NCBI GenBank assembly: GCA_965200965.1
Contig: OZ241744.1
Span: forward strand, 2,336,001-2,400,000
Length of the DNA: 64,000 nt
Reading direction: 5' to 3'
Source of the DNA: an uncultured Candidatus Binatia bacterium
GTDB taxonomy: Bacteria > Desulfobacterota > Binatia > Bin18
The notes below the pieces were generated by a model. The model did no database searches, was not told the DNA's origin, and was given only the letters and a program-made list of their open reading frames with translations. Of this stretch, positions 28,582-38,147 are shown in pieces. Numbering within the stretch: the first letter of the stretch is position 1; every line of letters starts with the position of its first letter. The translations under genes and the position numbers were made by a program.

Positions 28582-29643
28582 TTAGCGCACTTCATCAATA
28601 ACGAAGTTCTGTGAACTTTCCTCCCAGCGGATAGAGGTTTCTCGGCCAACCCGGGGGAAGTCCGGCAACGTATAGGAACCTTGGAGGCCACGGACAAACT
28701 CCCCAAGCCCAAGCGTAGATACCGTAAACCGTGAAGACCTGGTGAGGACCCCGTCTACATATAAGCGGATGGTATGCCCACCGGTCCCAAACAGGTTCCA
28801 GTTGATGAGCAGTCCAAAGCCGTTGTTTGTATCTCCACACACCGCCCGGGTATCACCCCGAGGCGTTCCATACGCCATCCGCATCCTTGGATGACTATCG
28901 ACTTGCACTTCTACCGTCCTGGCAGAACAGACCCAGCCTGAGATGACCCCTATCCCGCTCTTGAAGGCGTTGGCCTGGGGGTTTTCCAAAGCCGCCCGAG
29001 GAGCAGGAGGAGTCGGAGGAGTCTGCTCAACCCCGTAGATAGCCAGAATCCCGGCAATGTCATCAGGCTGGAGGGTGTAGGTATCGCTATCAGTGCTATG
29101 CATAATCGTGGGCCAGCCCTGGTAAGCGGGATATTCATCGGGATGGGCCAGCCCCAGGACATGGCCGAGTTCATGGAGCAGGACACGCCTGAAGTCCATA
29201 ACCCCGGATCGGAGAGGGCCGTCATACGCGCCCCAATCAAAGTCACTATTGAAGATGATATCCGCCTCTATCAATTGGCCTGTAGACAGTCTCGACCAGG
29301 AAACCGTAGTAGCAAGCACTCGCGGCGGCCACGGGTCGCAGCCTCTCCTGCTGGAGAACCATATCCCGTTGGTTCGGTCTGCCGTACATGGCCTGGGACC
29401 GCTGCTGCCTAACCTTGTGGTAAAGGAGAACCGCGACCCGGCCCTGTTCCAGGCATTGGCTGCATTTTGGACATCGGCAAACCAATGTCGTCCATTTCCC
29501 ACCTCGAAAAACAGAGTCACTGTTTTCGGGTTCCAATACAGCGGCTGTCCAAAATCGTTCCTCAAGCGTACAAACGCCGCACTGACCCCGACCGTTGCAA
29601 TCAGGATGAGCCCGCCTACTGCCATCGGGAGGCACCTAGTCAT
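28582..29643 (-). CDS. Secreted matrixin (M10-like) metalloprotease with C-terminal unnamed domain
   Basis: HELGHVLGLAH zinc motif, Met-turn TIMHS, DDIAGILAIYG. Confidence 0.88.
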   Translation of the reverse strand: MTRCLPMAVGGLILIATVGVSAAFVRLRNDFGQPLYWNPKTVTLFFEVGNGRHWFADVQNAANAWNRAGSRFSFTTRLGSSGPRPCTADRTNGIWFSSRRGCDPWPPRVLATTVSWSRLSTGQLIEADIIFNSDFDWGAYDGPLRSGVMDFRRVLLHELGHVLGLAHPDEYPAYQGWPTIMHSTDSDTYTLQPDDIAGILAIYGVEQTPPTPPAPRAALENPQANAFKSGIGVISGWVCSARTVEVQVDSHPRMRMAYGTPRGDTRAVCGDTNNGFGLLINWNLFGTGGHTIRLYVDGVLTRSSRFTVSTLGLGEFVRGLQGSYTLPDFPRVGRETSIRWEESSQNFVIDEVR

Positions 29644-30229
29644 GGGCCGCCTCCTGTTCAACGGCTGCCGCAAAGTCGTCCAAGGTCATGGGTGATGCGG
29701 CCGCTTGGCGCAATGCCTGAACCGACGAGCCGTCGTGCAGGAGCTCGCCCTCACTGCCGGGCAGGCTGGTCAGGGGCTGCATGTCGTGCGTGTACACGGT
29801 CTCCGTGCCACTGGCCGGGTCCGGGACAACCCGGAACACGCCCTGCCACAGACCCACGAAGGGAATGGCATAGTGGTGGTTGCCAGTAACAAACAGGATC
29901 GACCGCTCGCCGAGGGAAAAGGCGGGGACCCCGGCTATCTGGAGTGAGGTTCCGTCCGGTGCTGGGCCGCCCAACAAGCGGATGGTCAGGGTGGGGTGGC
30001 TGTGGCTTCCTTTGAGCACGTCCAGGTCCGTGAAGGTCACCAGGGTATACGGGGTTTCTGTGGCCTCGTTCCACGCCGCTTCAATAGCCTGCGCCGTGCC
30101 CACGACTACCAGGGCGGCCTCGTGGACCAGGGCGGGAAATGCGGTCGACAACACCGTCGTTGCGTGAGCACTTGTGGCGAATGGGGAAAGCAGGGCCCAT
30201 GCTCCTATGCAGATTCTCAGCAGTTTCAT
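29636..30229 (-). CDS. Secreted hypothetical protein coupled to the matrixin gene
   Basis: Signal ending AHA-TTV; stop overlaps the matrixin start by 8 nt. Confidence 0.75.
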   Translation of the reverse strand: MKLLRICIGAWALLSPFATSAHATTVLSTAFPALVHEAALVVVGTAQAIEAAWNEATETPYTLVTFTDLDVLKGSHSHPTLTIRLLGGPAPDGTSLQIAGVPAFSLGERSILFVTGNHHYAIPFVGLWQGVFRVVPDPASGTETVYTHDMQPLTSLPGSEGELLHDGSSVQALRQAAASPMTLDDFAAAVEQEAAHD

Positions 30230-30516
30230 CCCGTCACGCCTTCCTCTCCTGAGACAGTGCCGGTGTTCTCCGGTACCGGGAAATCCGGAATCTCCCCTGT
30301 CATGGCGTACTGCTCCATTCCCAGCCGCGCGGTAACGCGGGGGTCCAATCAGGATTGAATCTACACCAGAGAGCGTGTGTGGTGAATACCACACAATGGA
30401 CAGGCCAGGGAAAGTCACCCTTGAACAAGAGCGGCCAGCCTCACCGCTCAGGGACCTGCGACGCTTGGCAGACGGGGCCGGGTCTGCTAGTGTCCGGGCC
30501 GGAAGGGAGAGCCACG

Positions 30517-31293
30517 ATGGCAGAAGCGTCCGATATGTCCAGGTCGGCTGAGGCACAAGATCGTATCATCATGGCCCTTGATGTAGCCACACGGGAGAAA
30601 GCGCTTGACCTTGTTGACGAATTGGAGGGGCAGGTGTCCTTCTTCAAGGTGGGCTATCAGCTCTTTGTGGCTGAGGGCATGGCTGTTGTGCGCGAGCTCC
30701 AGGAGAGGGGCAAGAAGGTCTTGCTTGACCTCAAGATGGACGATGTAGGCGCAACCATTGCCCTGGCGGTGAAGGAAATCGCCAGGCATCAGGTCTCGCT
30801 GTTGACGCTGCATGGGAACGCGGCAACCGTCCGCGCTGCGCTCCAGGGCCGTGGCCCTTCTCCCTGGCCGAAGATTCTGTCGCTGACCCTGCTGACCAGT
30901 CTCGACACAACAGATGTACAAGACCTGGGGCTGCTTGGAGCACACGCCAAATGCAAAACGCTGGGGGAGTATGTTGACTGGCGGGCCGCGCAGGCCGTTA
31001 CTGCGGGGTGTGACGGGCTTATTGCGGCGGGGGAGAATGTTGCCCGCCTGAGGTCGCAACACCCGGATACCCTCATCGTTACCCCGGGAGTCCGGCTGCA
31101 AGGAAGCGCTGTTGATGATCACAAGCGGTCAACAACGCCCTGCCAGGCCATTGTTGCCGGGTCAGACTACCTCGTCGTGGGCCGCCCCATCCGTGACGCT
31201 GAGAAAGGGCAACGGGCACCCATGGCCCAGCGCATCGCCGAAGAAATCCAGCGGGGTCTTGAGGACAGAAGGAGGCAGCCTGCCACAGGGTAG
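30517..31293 (+). CDS. pyrF: Orotidine-5'-phosphate decarboxylase
   Basis: IIMALD, FFKVG, DLKMDDVGAT (DxKxxDxxxT), LTLLTS, VTPGVR, DYLVVGRPI. Confidence 0.9.
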   Translation: MAEASDMSRSAEAQDRIIMALDVATREKALDLVDELEGQVSFFKVGYQLFVAEGMAVVRELQERGKKVLLDLKMDDVGATIALAVKEIARHQVSLLTLHGNAATVRAALQGRGPSPWPKILSLTLLTSLDTTDVQDLGLLGAHAKCKTLGEYVDWRAAQAVTAGCDGLIAAGENVARLRSQHPDTLIVTPGVRLQGSAVDDHKRSTTPCQAIVAGSDYLVVGRPIRDAEKGQRAPMAQRIAEEIQRGLEDRRRQPATG

Positions 31294-31326
31294 CCGCTGC
31301 CTGTTCCTCTGAAGCGCCTTGCCCCT

Positions 31327-32517
31327 TCAGTCGGCGACGAGCGGTTCCTTGTCCACCGCGGTCGGCGCGAGCGGCAGCACAGTCAGGATATAACAGGCGA
31401 GCGTCACCAGCAGGCCGAACAGGCCGCCGCTGTAGAACACACCGCTCAGGCTGTAGAAATCAACGACCAGGCCGAACAGCATCGGCCCGACCGTCATCCC
31501 AAAGCTGTGGACCGTCAGCAGCAGGCTCATCACCGTCCCCATGCCAAAGCCCTTGGCGTTCTCCATCGCTATCGCCATGTGGGCCGGATAGGCCAGACCA
31601 AACGCGGCCCCAACGAGCAGGTTGAGCACGACCAGATGCCAATAGCTGGCGGCAAAGGGAAACAGAGCCAGCGATACCGCACTGACCAGCCCACCGATCA
31701 CAATCAGCGTCAGCTTGTTCCTGACCCGGTCGGCCAGCCGGCCGCACGGGGCCTGAAGGACGGTGCTGACCAGCACATTGAGCGAGATCAGCAGACCGAT
31801 CTGAGAGGTGCTGAGCGCCAGCAACCCGGCGGCCAACAGGGGCACAAAGACCCAGATGACCGCGTTGGCCGCGGCATAGCTGAGCCGAAAGACCGCCATG
31901 CCGACCAGCGGAGCGCGTGAAAAAATCTCCCGCAGGGGAAGAGGGGCGGTGGCCCGGGCCTTTTTCCCACGGTGAACCTCGGGCAGAAACAGCCACACCA
32001 GGAGCAGAGACAGCAGGCTCAGCAGCCCCAGCAGCATGAAGCTGGCCTGCATAGTGTACAGATCTCTGACCACCCCACCCAGCACCGGCCCGCCGGCCAC
32101 CCCACCCAGAAACGCGGTATTGATATAGCCGCTGTAGGTGCCCTCTTTGCCCGTGGGGGTCAGGTCGCCGACATAGGCCATGGCGATGGGCTGGACCATT
32201 GCCGTGGCTGCTCCCTGGAGGGCCATGACCAGGGTCAGGACAAACAGGCTGTTGGCCAGCACAAAGGCGACCGAGGCCGCGGCATAACAGGCCAGGCCCC
32301 ACAGCAGAAACGCTTTCCGGCCGCGGCGGTCGGAGGCCCGGCCAATACACGGCAGCAAAAAGGTACGCGAGGCCGAGTGCGAGCCAAACAGCAGCCCGAT
32401 GGTAAAGCCCTCGGCTCCAAACTGCTGGGAGTACAGCGGGATAAACGGCATGACCACGCCGTTACCCAGCATGGTCGCAAAAATGGCCGCGGACACAACG
32501 AACAGGCCGCGCGTCAT
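31327..32517 (-). CDS. MFS transporter
   Basis: About 12 hydrophobic segments; GRASDRRGRK motif A. Confidence 0.9.
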   Translation of the reverse strand: MTRGLFVVSAAIFATMLGNGVVMPFIPLYSQQFGAEGFTIGLLFGSHSASRTFLLPCIGRASDRRGRKAFLLWGLACYAAASVAFVLANSLFVLTLVMALQGAATAMVQPIAMAYVGDLTPTGKEGTYSGYINTAFLGGVAGGPVLGGVVRDLYTMQASFMLLGLLSLLSLLLVWLFLPEVHRGKKARATAPLPLREIFSRAPLVGMAVFRLSYAAANAVIWVFVPLLAAGLLALSTSQIGLLISLNVLVSTVLQAPCGRLADRVRNKLTLIVIGGLVSAVSLALFPFAASYWHLVVLNLLVGAAFGLAYPAHMAIAMENAKGFGMGTVMSLLLTVHSFGMTVGPMLFGLVVDFYSLSGVFYSGGLFGLLVTLACYILTVLPLAPTAVDKEPLVAD

Positions 32518-32581
32518 GCGTGCCGCCGCCAACGAACAGGGCAGGCCCCTCGGGTGTTGCCGCACGGCCCCGGATACGGCA

Positions 32582-33790
32582 CTAATACAACACTTTCTCG
32601 TCTTGCAGCCGGGCGACCTCTTCCGGCGACAGCCCCAGCAACTCGCAACACACCGACGCGGTATCCTGGCCCAGACACGGTGCCGGGCCATACCGGGGTG
32701 CAAAGCCGCTGTATATGCCGGGGATGCCCGAAACCGGATGGCCGCCGGTCTCAGGATGGGGCGGCGAGACCAGAAAGTCGCGGGTTTGAAACTGGGGATC
32801 GTTGAGCAGACCCTCGGTATCAAAGACCGGGGTGGCCGCTACCCCGACCTTCTGGAGCTGGTGCATGATGTCGGTATTGGTGCGATCCCGGGTCCAGGCC
32901 GTCAGGAGAGCGTCAAGCGCACCTTCGTTGGCTTTGCGGCTTGTTTGATCCCTGAACCGCTCGTCCTGGGTCCACTCAGGATGGCCCACCGCTTCACACA
33001 GGCTGCGCCACTCGTGTTCGGTCTCAACCACAATCGTGACCCAGGCGTCGTCGCCTTTGGCCCGATAGACATTGTGCGGGGCCATGAGCGGGTCGCGGTT
33101 GCCGGTCCGGCCCTGGTCGCGGCGGTTCATGGTGTAGTCCATGACCGCTTCGGGCAGCATTGAGGTCACGACTTCGGCCATAGCCAGATCAATATACTGT
33201 CCTTTGCCGGTCCGTTGGCGGTAGAACAGCGCCGCCTGGACGGCGTAGGACATGGCCACCCCGACCATGTAGTCGGGCCAGGTCCCGCCCAGACTGCTCG
33301 GCGGCCCGTCCTCATAGCCGGTCAGGTGACAGATGCCGGCCGAGGCTTGGGTAATCGGCCCCCAGCCCACACAGTGGCTGTCCGGCCCGTCCTGGCCGAC
33401 CGGCGTTCCCGAAACCATGATAATGTCAGGCTTGAGCCGGCACAGCGCGTCATAGTCCAGGCCCCAGCGTTTCATCACCCCGCCGGTAAAGTTTTCAACA
33501 ACGATATCGCTGTGTGTGATCAGTGCCTTGGCCAGGTCAATGCCGCGCGGATGACGCAGATTGAGGGTGATGCTTTTTTTGCTGTAGTTGAGGCCGTTGA
33601 ACAGCGGTGAGCCGTTGGGTGTCATCCCTTTGCGGGGGTCCTGACCCAGAAAGCGGATCACGTCCGGGCGCTGGCTGGACTCAATCCGAATGACCTCAGC
33701 GCCCATCGCGCCCAGCCAGGCAGTACACTGTGGGGCGGCCAGAATCCAGCCAAAATCGGCAACGCGAATCCCTTCGAGCGGTAGTGCCAT
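32582..33790 (-). CDS. CaiB/BaiF family CoA transferase
   Basis: LEGIRVADF, GAEVIRIES, NYSKKS, VENF, TWPDY, PCLGQD. Confidence 0.92.
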   Translation of the reverse strand: MALPLEGIRVADFGWILAAPQCTAWLGAMGAEVIRIESSQRPDVIRFLGQDPRKGMTPNGSPLFNGLNYSKKSITLNLRHPRGIDLAKALITHSDIVVENFTGGVMKRWGLDYDALCRLKPDIIMVSGTPVGQDGPDSHCVGWGPITQASAGICHLTGYEDGPPSSLGGTWPDYMVGVAMSYAVQAALFYRQRTGKGQYIDLAMAEVVTSMLPEAVMDYTMNRRDQGRTGNRDPLMAPHNVYRAKGDDAWVTIVVETEHEWRSLCEAVGHPEWTQDERFRDQTSRKANEGALDALLTAWTRDRTNTDIMHQLQKVGVAATPVFDTEGLLNDPQFQTRDFLVSPPHPETGGHPVSGIPGIYSGFAPRYGPAPCLGQDTASVCCELLGLSPEEVARLQDEKVLY

Positions 33791-33837
33791 GCGCTTCCCT
33801 CCTTACTGGCGATGTGTGAACGCTTCCCCGGCCTGGT

Positions 33838-35067
33838 TCAGATCACCCCGTCCCGGTGGAGCTGCTCCAGCCGTTGCGCACTCAAGCCCAGCCCTTGGCC
33901 GTACACCTGGCTGTTGTGCTGGCCGAGTTGGGGCGCGGGGGAGCGGACCTGCCACGGACTGGCCGAAAATTTGAACGGGGCACCGGGACAGGTCAGCGGC
34001 CCGGTTGCCGGGTGGTCAATCTCAACAAAAAACTCACGTTCCCGGAACTGGCTGGACTCAACCACCTCTCGCATGTTGCGCACCGGAAAAACCGGAATGT
34101 GCAGGGCCTGGCCTGCCCGGGCCAACTCATCCCGTTTCTGCCCGGCAATCCAGGCGGCGACCGAAACCTCCAGGGCGTCAAGATGCTGAAAGCGGCTCAT
34201 CAGGGTCGCAAACAACTCGCTGTCGGCCCACTCGGGCCGGCCCATCAGCTCCTTGAGGCTCTCCCAGTGCTGGTCGGTCAGGGCCAACAGCGCAATATGG
34301 CCGTCCTGGCACGGAAAGACATAGGACAGGCCCCACTTGGTCCGCCGCAGAAACCGACTGCGGTTGGGACCGTCGGGCGGCTCGTGGGTATACAGGGCGG
34401 TATTGGGGCGAATCATGTGGGCAACCGCCTCAACCTCAGCGATATCAATGTGCTGCCCGTGGCCGGTCCGCTCGCGGAGAAACACCGCGCTCATGGTGGC
34501 CGAGGCCGCGGTCCAGCCGCTCAGCAGGTCGGCCTGTTGACCGCCGGCTTTGAGCGGCGGTTCGTTTTCGGGATCGGTCACATAGTTGAAAGGCGTCTCA
34601 TAGCCGACCACGCCGGCGTGAAAGGTGTTGAGATTATGCGCTTTATACTGCCGGTAGGGGCCGGTTTGTCCAAACGGGGAGATTGAGGTCATAACCAGCT
34701 GGGGCGCAAGCTGGTGGAGGCTCGCATAGCCCAGCCCCAGGCTGTCCAGAAAACCGGGGGTCCGGGTTTCGACCAGGATGTCGGCGTCTTTGACCAGGTC
34801 CCGAAACAGGGCTGTTCCCTGCGGCTGGGTGATGTCCAGCGTCACCCCGGTTTTATTGGTGTTCAGGTACAGAAACAGGGCGCTGCGGTCGGGGTGCGGC
34901 TCGTCACCGGGAAACGGGCCACGCGTGCGGGTGACATCGCCGCTGCCCGGCTTTTCAATTTTGATCACCTCCGCCCCGAGGTCGGCCATGACTTTTGTAC
35001 AGAACGGTCCTGTCACCCGTTCGCTCAATTCAACGATCTTCAGACCAGCCAGGGCACCATCAGGCAT
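33838..35067 (-). CDS. CaiB/BaiF family CoA transferase (possible heteromeric partner of the adjacent gene)
   Basis: LGAEVIKIEKP, LNTNK, SISPFGQTGPY, APQLGQHN. Confidence 0.92.
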   Translation of the reverse strand: MPDGALAGLKIVELSERVTGPFCTKVMADLGAEVIKIEKPGSGDVTRTRGPFPGDEPHPDRSALFLYLNTNKTGVTLDITQPQGTALFRDLVKDADILVETRTPGFLDSLGLGYASLHQLAPQLVMTSISPFGQTGPYRQYKAHNLNTFHAGVVGYETPFNYVTDPENEPPLKAGGQQADLLSGWTAASATMSAVFLRERTGHGQHIDIAEVEAVAHMIRPNTALYTHEPPDGPNRSRFLRRTKWGLSYVFPCQDGHIALLALTDQHWESLKELMGRPEWADSELFATLMSRFQHLDALEVSVAAWIAGQKRDELARAGQALHIPVFPVRNMREVVESSQFREREFFVEIDHPATGPLTCPGAPFKFSASPWQVRSPAPQLGQHNSQVYGQGLGLSAQRLEQLHRDGVI

Positions 35068-35196
35068 AGTGTTCCTCCCACATGAAAACGGCCGATACGG
35101 GGGCCAGCCTACCGCAAGCCGAGGGGAAAAGAAAGGCGTGGAGCAGCACGCGCATGCCTGGCCTCCTCTGGGGTAGGGTCTTTTGTCCCTTGCAGC

Positions 35197-36600
35197 TCAG
35201 CCGGGTCCGGGAGCCGGAGGAAAGACCCGCCGACAATCGTACACCCGCTCATCAAATACCATGTCCCTGGCTGTCACCGGACGGCTGAAGACCAGCCCCT
35301 CCAGAGATGTGCACCGGCTGAGCGCGACATAGGTCTGACCGTGGGCAAACGCCCCCCGGCCCAGATCAATCAGGACCTTGTCAAAGGTCTGGCCCTGGCT
35401 TTTGTGGATGGTGATCGCCCAGGCCAGGCGGAGCGGATACTGGGTGAAGCTGCCGATTTCCTCTTCTTCAATCCGGTTGGTCTCCTGATTGTAGCGGTAT
35501 CGAATGTTCTGCCAGGTCTCGGGTTCCACCTCGTACTCCGTCCCCCCAATCTCAACCCGGACCGTTGTGTCGCTCAGGCGACTGACCCGTCCGATCGTGC
35601 CGTTGACCCAGCGTCTGTAAGGATCATTCCTGATCAGCATGACCTGGGCCCCGGGTTTGAGCTCCAGCAGCGCTTCGGTCGGAAAGATGGCGTCCTCAAA
35701 CTGACCGCTGCATTCTGCCGGATAGGTATACGATCGCTCGGCGAGACGCTCCAGACAGGCCTGGTTCTTCCGAAACGCGGCCTGGTTGGTGGCAGTCAGG
35801 GTAATACACGACGAGTCCCGGGGCGGCCCGCCGCCCCGCTGCACCCTGGCGTTCAACATGGCTAGCAGTTCGGCGTCCACGTCGTTCTCGCGGATTTTAT
35901 TCAACGCAGAGATGAAAGCCGCGTCGTGTTGGCGGTAGATCGTGGTCAGTTCGACCGAGGAGGGCTGGAGGTCGGCAAAAACCTTGGCGCGAAAGAAGTA
36001 CGGACCGCCGTACTGCTGGTCAAAAAAGGTCTGCATGTCCCGCTCTCTGACAATCGGCGGAAGCTGGAACAGGTCGCCGCACAAAATGACCTGGACCCCG
36101 CCAAACGGGGTGTGCGGGGCATCCCGGTGGAGACGCAGGGCCGTATCAATCCCGTCCATCACATCGGCCCGAACCATGGACACCTCGTCGATAATCAGGG
36201 TTTCCAGTTTCCTGAACAGTTTTGCGCCCCGGCGTTTCCGAAGACTGCCCGGATCGATCAGCGTGGGCGGAAACCGGAAAAAGGAATGGATCGTCTGACC
36301 CCCGACATTGAGGGCGGCCACGCCGGTCGGAGCCAGGACCGCGGTGGCCCTGGTGCTTGTCTCGCGCACATAGTGTAACAGGGTCGATTTTCCTGTGCCG
36401 GCCTTGCCGGTCAGAAACAGACACGGACAGTCCCGCTCGATCAGCGCAAGGGCGTGTTGAAACTCGGCGTTGATCTCAATCTGCTCCAGGTCCCGGCTCC
36501 GCTCCCCGATCGTGCGGAAGGCCGACGGGGCGGGGAGTGAAGGTGTCGCCTTCCGGTCGATCTGATGACTCGTTCGCTCCTTGCTGTGCTGCTGCGTCAC
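35197..36600 (-). CDS. PIF1/RecD-like SF1B DNA helicase (GTG start at 36600 inferred)
   Basis: GKAGTGKST, APTGVAA, DEVSMV, GDLFQLPP, LAWAITIHKSQGQT, GQTYVALSR. Confidence 0.9.
   Translation of the reverse strand: MTQQHSKERTSHQIDRKATPSLPAPSAFRTIGERSRDLEQIEINAEFQHALALIERDCPCLFLTGKAGTGKSTLLHYVRETSTRATAVLAPTGVAALNVGGQTIHSFFRFPPTLIDPGSLRKRRGAKLFRKLETLIIDEVSMVRADVMDGIDTALRLHRDAPHTPFGGVQVILCGDLFQLPPIVRERDMQTFFDQQYGGPYFFRAKVFADLQPSSVELTTIYRQHDAAFISALNKIRENDVDAELLAMLNARVQRGGGPPRDSSCITLTATNQAAFRKNQACLERLAERSYTYPAECSGQFEDAIFPTEALLELKPGAQVMLIRNDPYRRWVNGTIGRVSRLSDTTVRVEIGGTEYEVEPETWQNIRYRYNQETNRIEEEEIGSFTQYPLRLAWAITIHKSQGQTFDKVLIDLGRGAFAHGQTYVALSRCTSLEGLVFSRPVTARDMVFDERVYDCRRVFPPAPGPG
36534..36580. repeat. 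47-bp palindromic element, copy 1 (in or just before the helicase 5' end)
   Basis: GGAGTGAAGGTGTCGCC...GATGACTCGTTCGCTCC. Confidence 0.8.
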
Positions 36601-36746
36601 GGTGGCAAGCACTCCCTTCTGTGTTCCGCCCAGCCTACACCAAAGTGCAGCATCTCTCCAGGAAGCGCCCGGCATTCCCTTTGCGTGGACAGCGCAAGGC
36701 CCCCAGCTCTTGCAGGAATGCCCCAAAGCCGCATACTTCTGGCTGC

Positions 36747-38147
36747 ATGGAAGCCAAGCTGTCCCAGACCTTTGATGTGCTGGTCATCGGCGGTGGTAAT
36801 GCGGGGCTGTGCGCGGCCATGACGGCCGCCCGGAGCGGGGCCACGGTGCTGCTGCTCGAAAGCGCGCCCGAGGCGTTTCGGGGTGGTGACAGTCGCCATA
36901 CGCGCAACCTGCGCTATGCGCACAAGCGGGCCAACGCCTTCCTGACCGGGCCGTATGACGAGGAGGAGTTCTGGGATGATCTGGTGCGGGTCACTGCCGG
37001 CAAGACCAACGAGGGCCTTGCCCGTCTGACCCTGCGTGAGTCGATCGATATCGGCGGCTGGATGGAAGCCCACGGCTGTCGCTTTCAGGCCCCCCTGCGC
37101 GGCACGCTCCATCTGTCAAGAACAAACGCCTTTTTCCTGGGCGGGGGCAAGACGCTGCTGAACGCCTATTATCACACTGCCCAACAGCGCGGGGTACGGA
37201 TCGCCTACCAGACCGAAGTGACCGATCTATGCATGCGGGACGGCCGTTTCTGCTCGGCGCGCATCGGCTCGGGTGCCACCGCACAACAGGTCCATGCCCG
37301 GGCGGTCGTTATCGCCGCCGGCGGATTCCAGGCCAACATCGCCTGGCTCAAAGCGTATTGGGGACCGGCGGCCGACAACTTCATTATCCGCGGCACCCCC
37401 TATAACACCGGCACAATGCTGAGGGTCCTGCTTGACAACGGGACGCAGCCGGTGGGCGACCCGCGCCAGTGTCATGCGGTGGCGATTGACGCCCGAGCAC
37501 CCAGGTTTGACGGCGGCATTGTCACCCGTCTGGACTGCGTGCCATTCGGCATTGTGGTCAACAGCCGGGCCGAACGCTTCTCCGACGAGGGCGAGGATTT
37601 CTGGCCCAGGCGCTACGCCGTGTGGGGCAGAATCGTTGCCCGGCAGCCAGACCAGATCGCCTATGCGATCATTGACGCCAAGGCGCTGGGACACTTCATG
37701 CCGTCCGTTTTCCCGCCCATCGAAGCCGCCTCAATCCGCGGGCTGGCCGGGAAACTCAGCCTGGACCCGGCTACCCTGGAGCAGACGCTCGCCGCGTTCA
37801 ATGCCGCGGTCCAGCCCGGCCGGTTTGATCCGTTGGAACTGGACGCATGCTCGACACGCGGCCTCAGCCCGCCCAAAAGCCACTGGGCGGTGGCGATCGA
37901 CACCCCGCCGTTCTTCGCCTACCCGCTCCGCCCGGGCATTACCTTTACCTACCTGGGGGTGGGCGTGAACGAGCGCGCCCAGATCGTCATGCAGGACGGA
38001 AAACCGGCCGCAAACATGTACGCGGCCGGTGAAGTCATGGCCGGCAATATCCTCGGCCAGGGCTATCTGGCCGGTTTTGGCATGACCATCGGTACAGTCT
38101 TTGGCCGGATTGCCGGCCGGGAGGCGGCCCGCCATGCCCTCGCCTGA
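36747..38147 (+). CDS. tcuA: FAD-dependent tricarballylate dehydrogenase TcuA-like
   Basis: GGGNAGLCAA, GGDSRHTRNLR, LRGTLHLSRTNAFFLGGGK, GNILGQGYLAGFGMTIG. Confidence 0.9.
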   Translation: MEAKLSQTFDVLVIGGGNAGLCAAMTAARSGATVLLLESAPEAFRGGDSRHTRNLRYAHKRANAFLTGPYDEEEFWDDLVRVTAGKTNEGLARLTLRESIDIGGWMEAHGCRFQAPLRGTLHLSRTNAFFLGGGKTLLNAYYHTAQQRGVRIAYQTEVTDLCMRDGRFCSARIGSGATAQQVHARAVVIAAGGFQANIAWLKAYWGPAADNFIIRGTPYNTGTMLRVLLDNGTQPVGDPRQCHAVAIDARAPRFDGGIVTRLDCVPFGIVVNSRAERFSDEGEDFWPRRYAVWGRIVARQPDQIAYAIIDAKALGHFMPSVFPPIEAASIRGLAGKLSLDPATLEQTLAAFNAAVQPGRFDPLELDACSTRGLSPPKSHWAVAIDTPPFFAYPLRPGITFTYLGVGVNERAQIVMQDGKPAANMYAAGEVMAGNILGQGYLAGFGMTIGTVFGRIAGREAARHALA

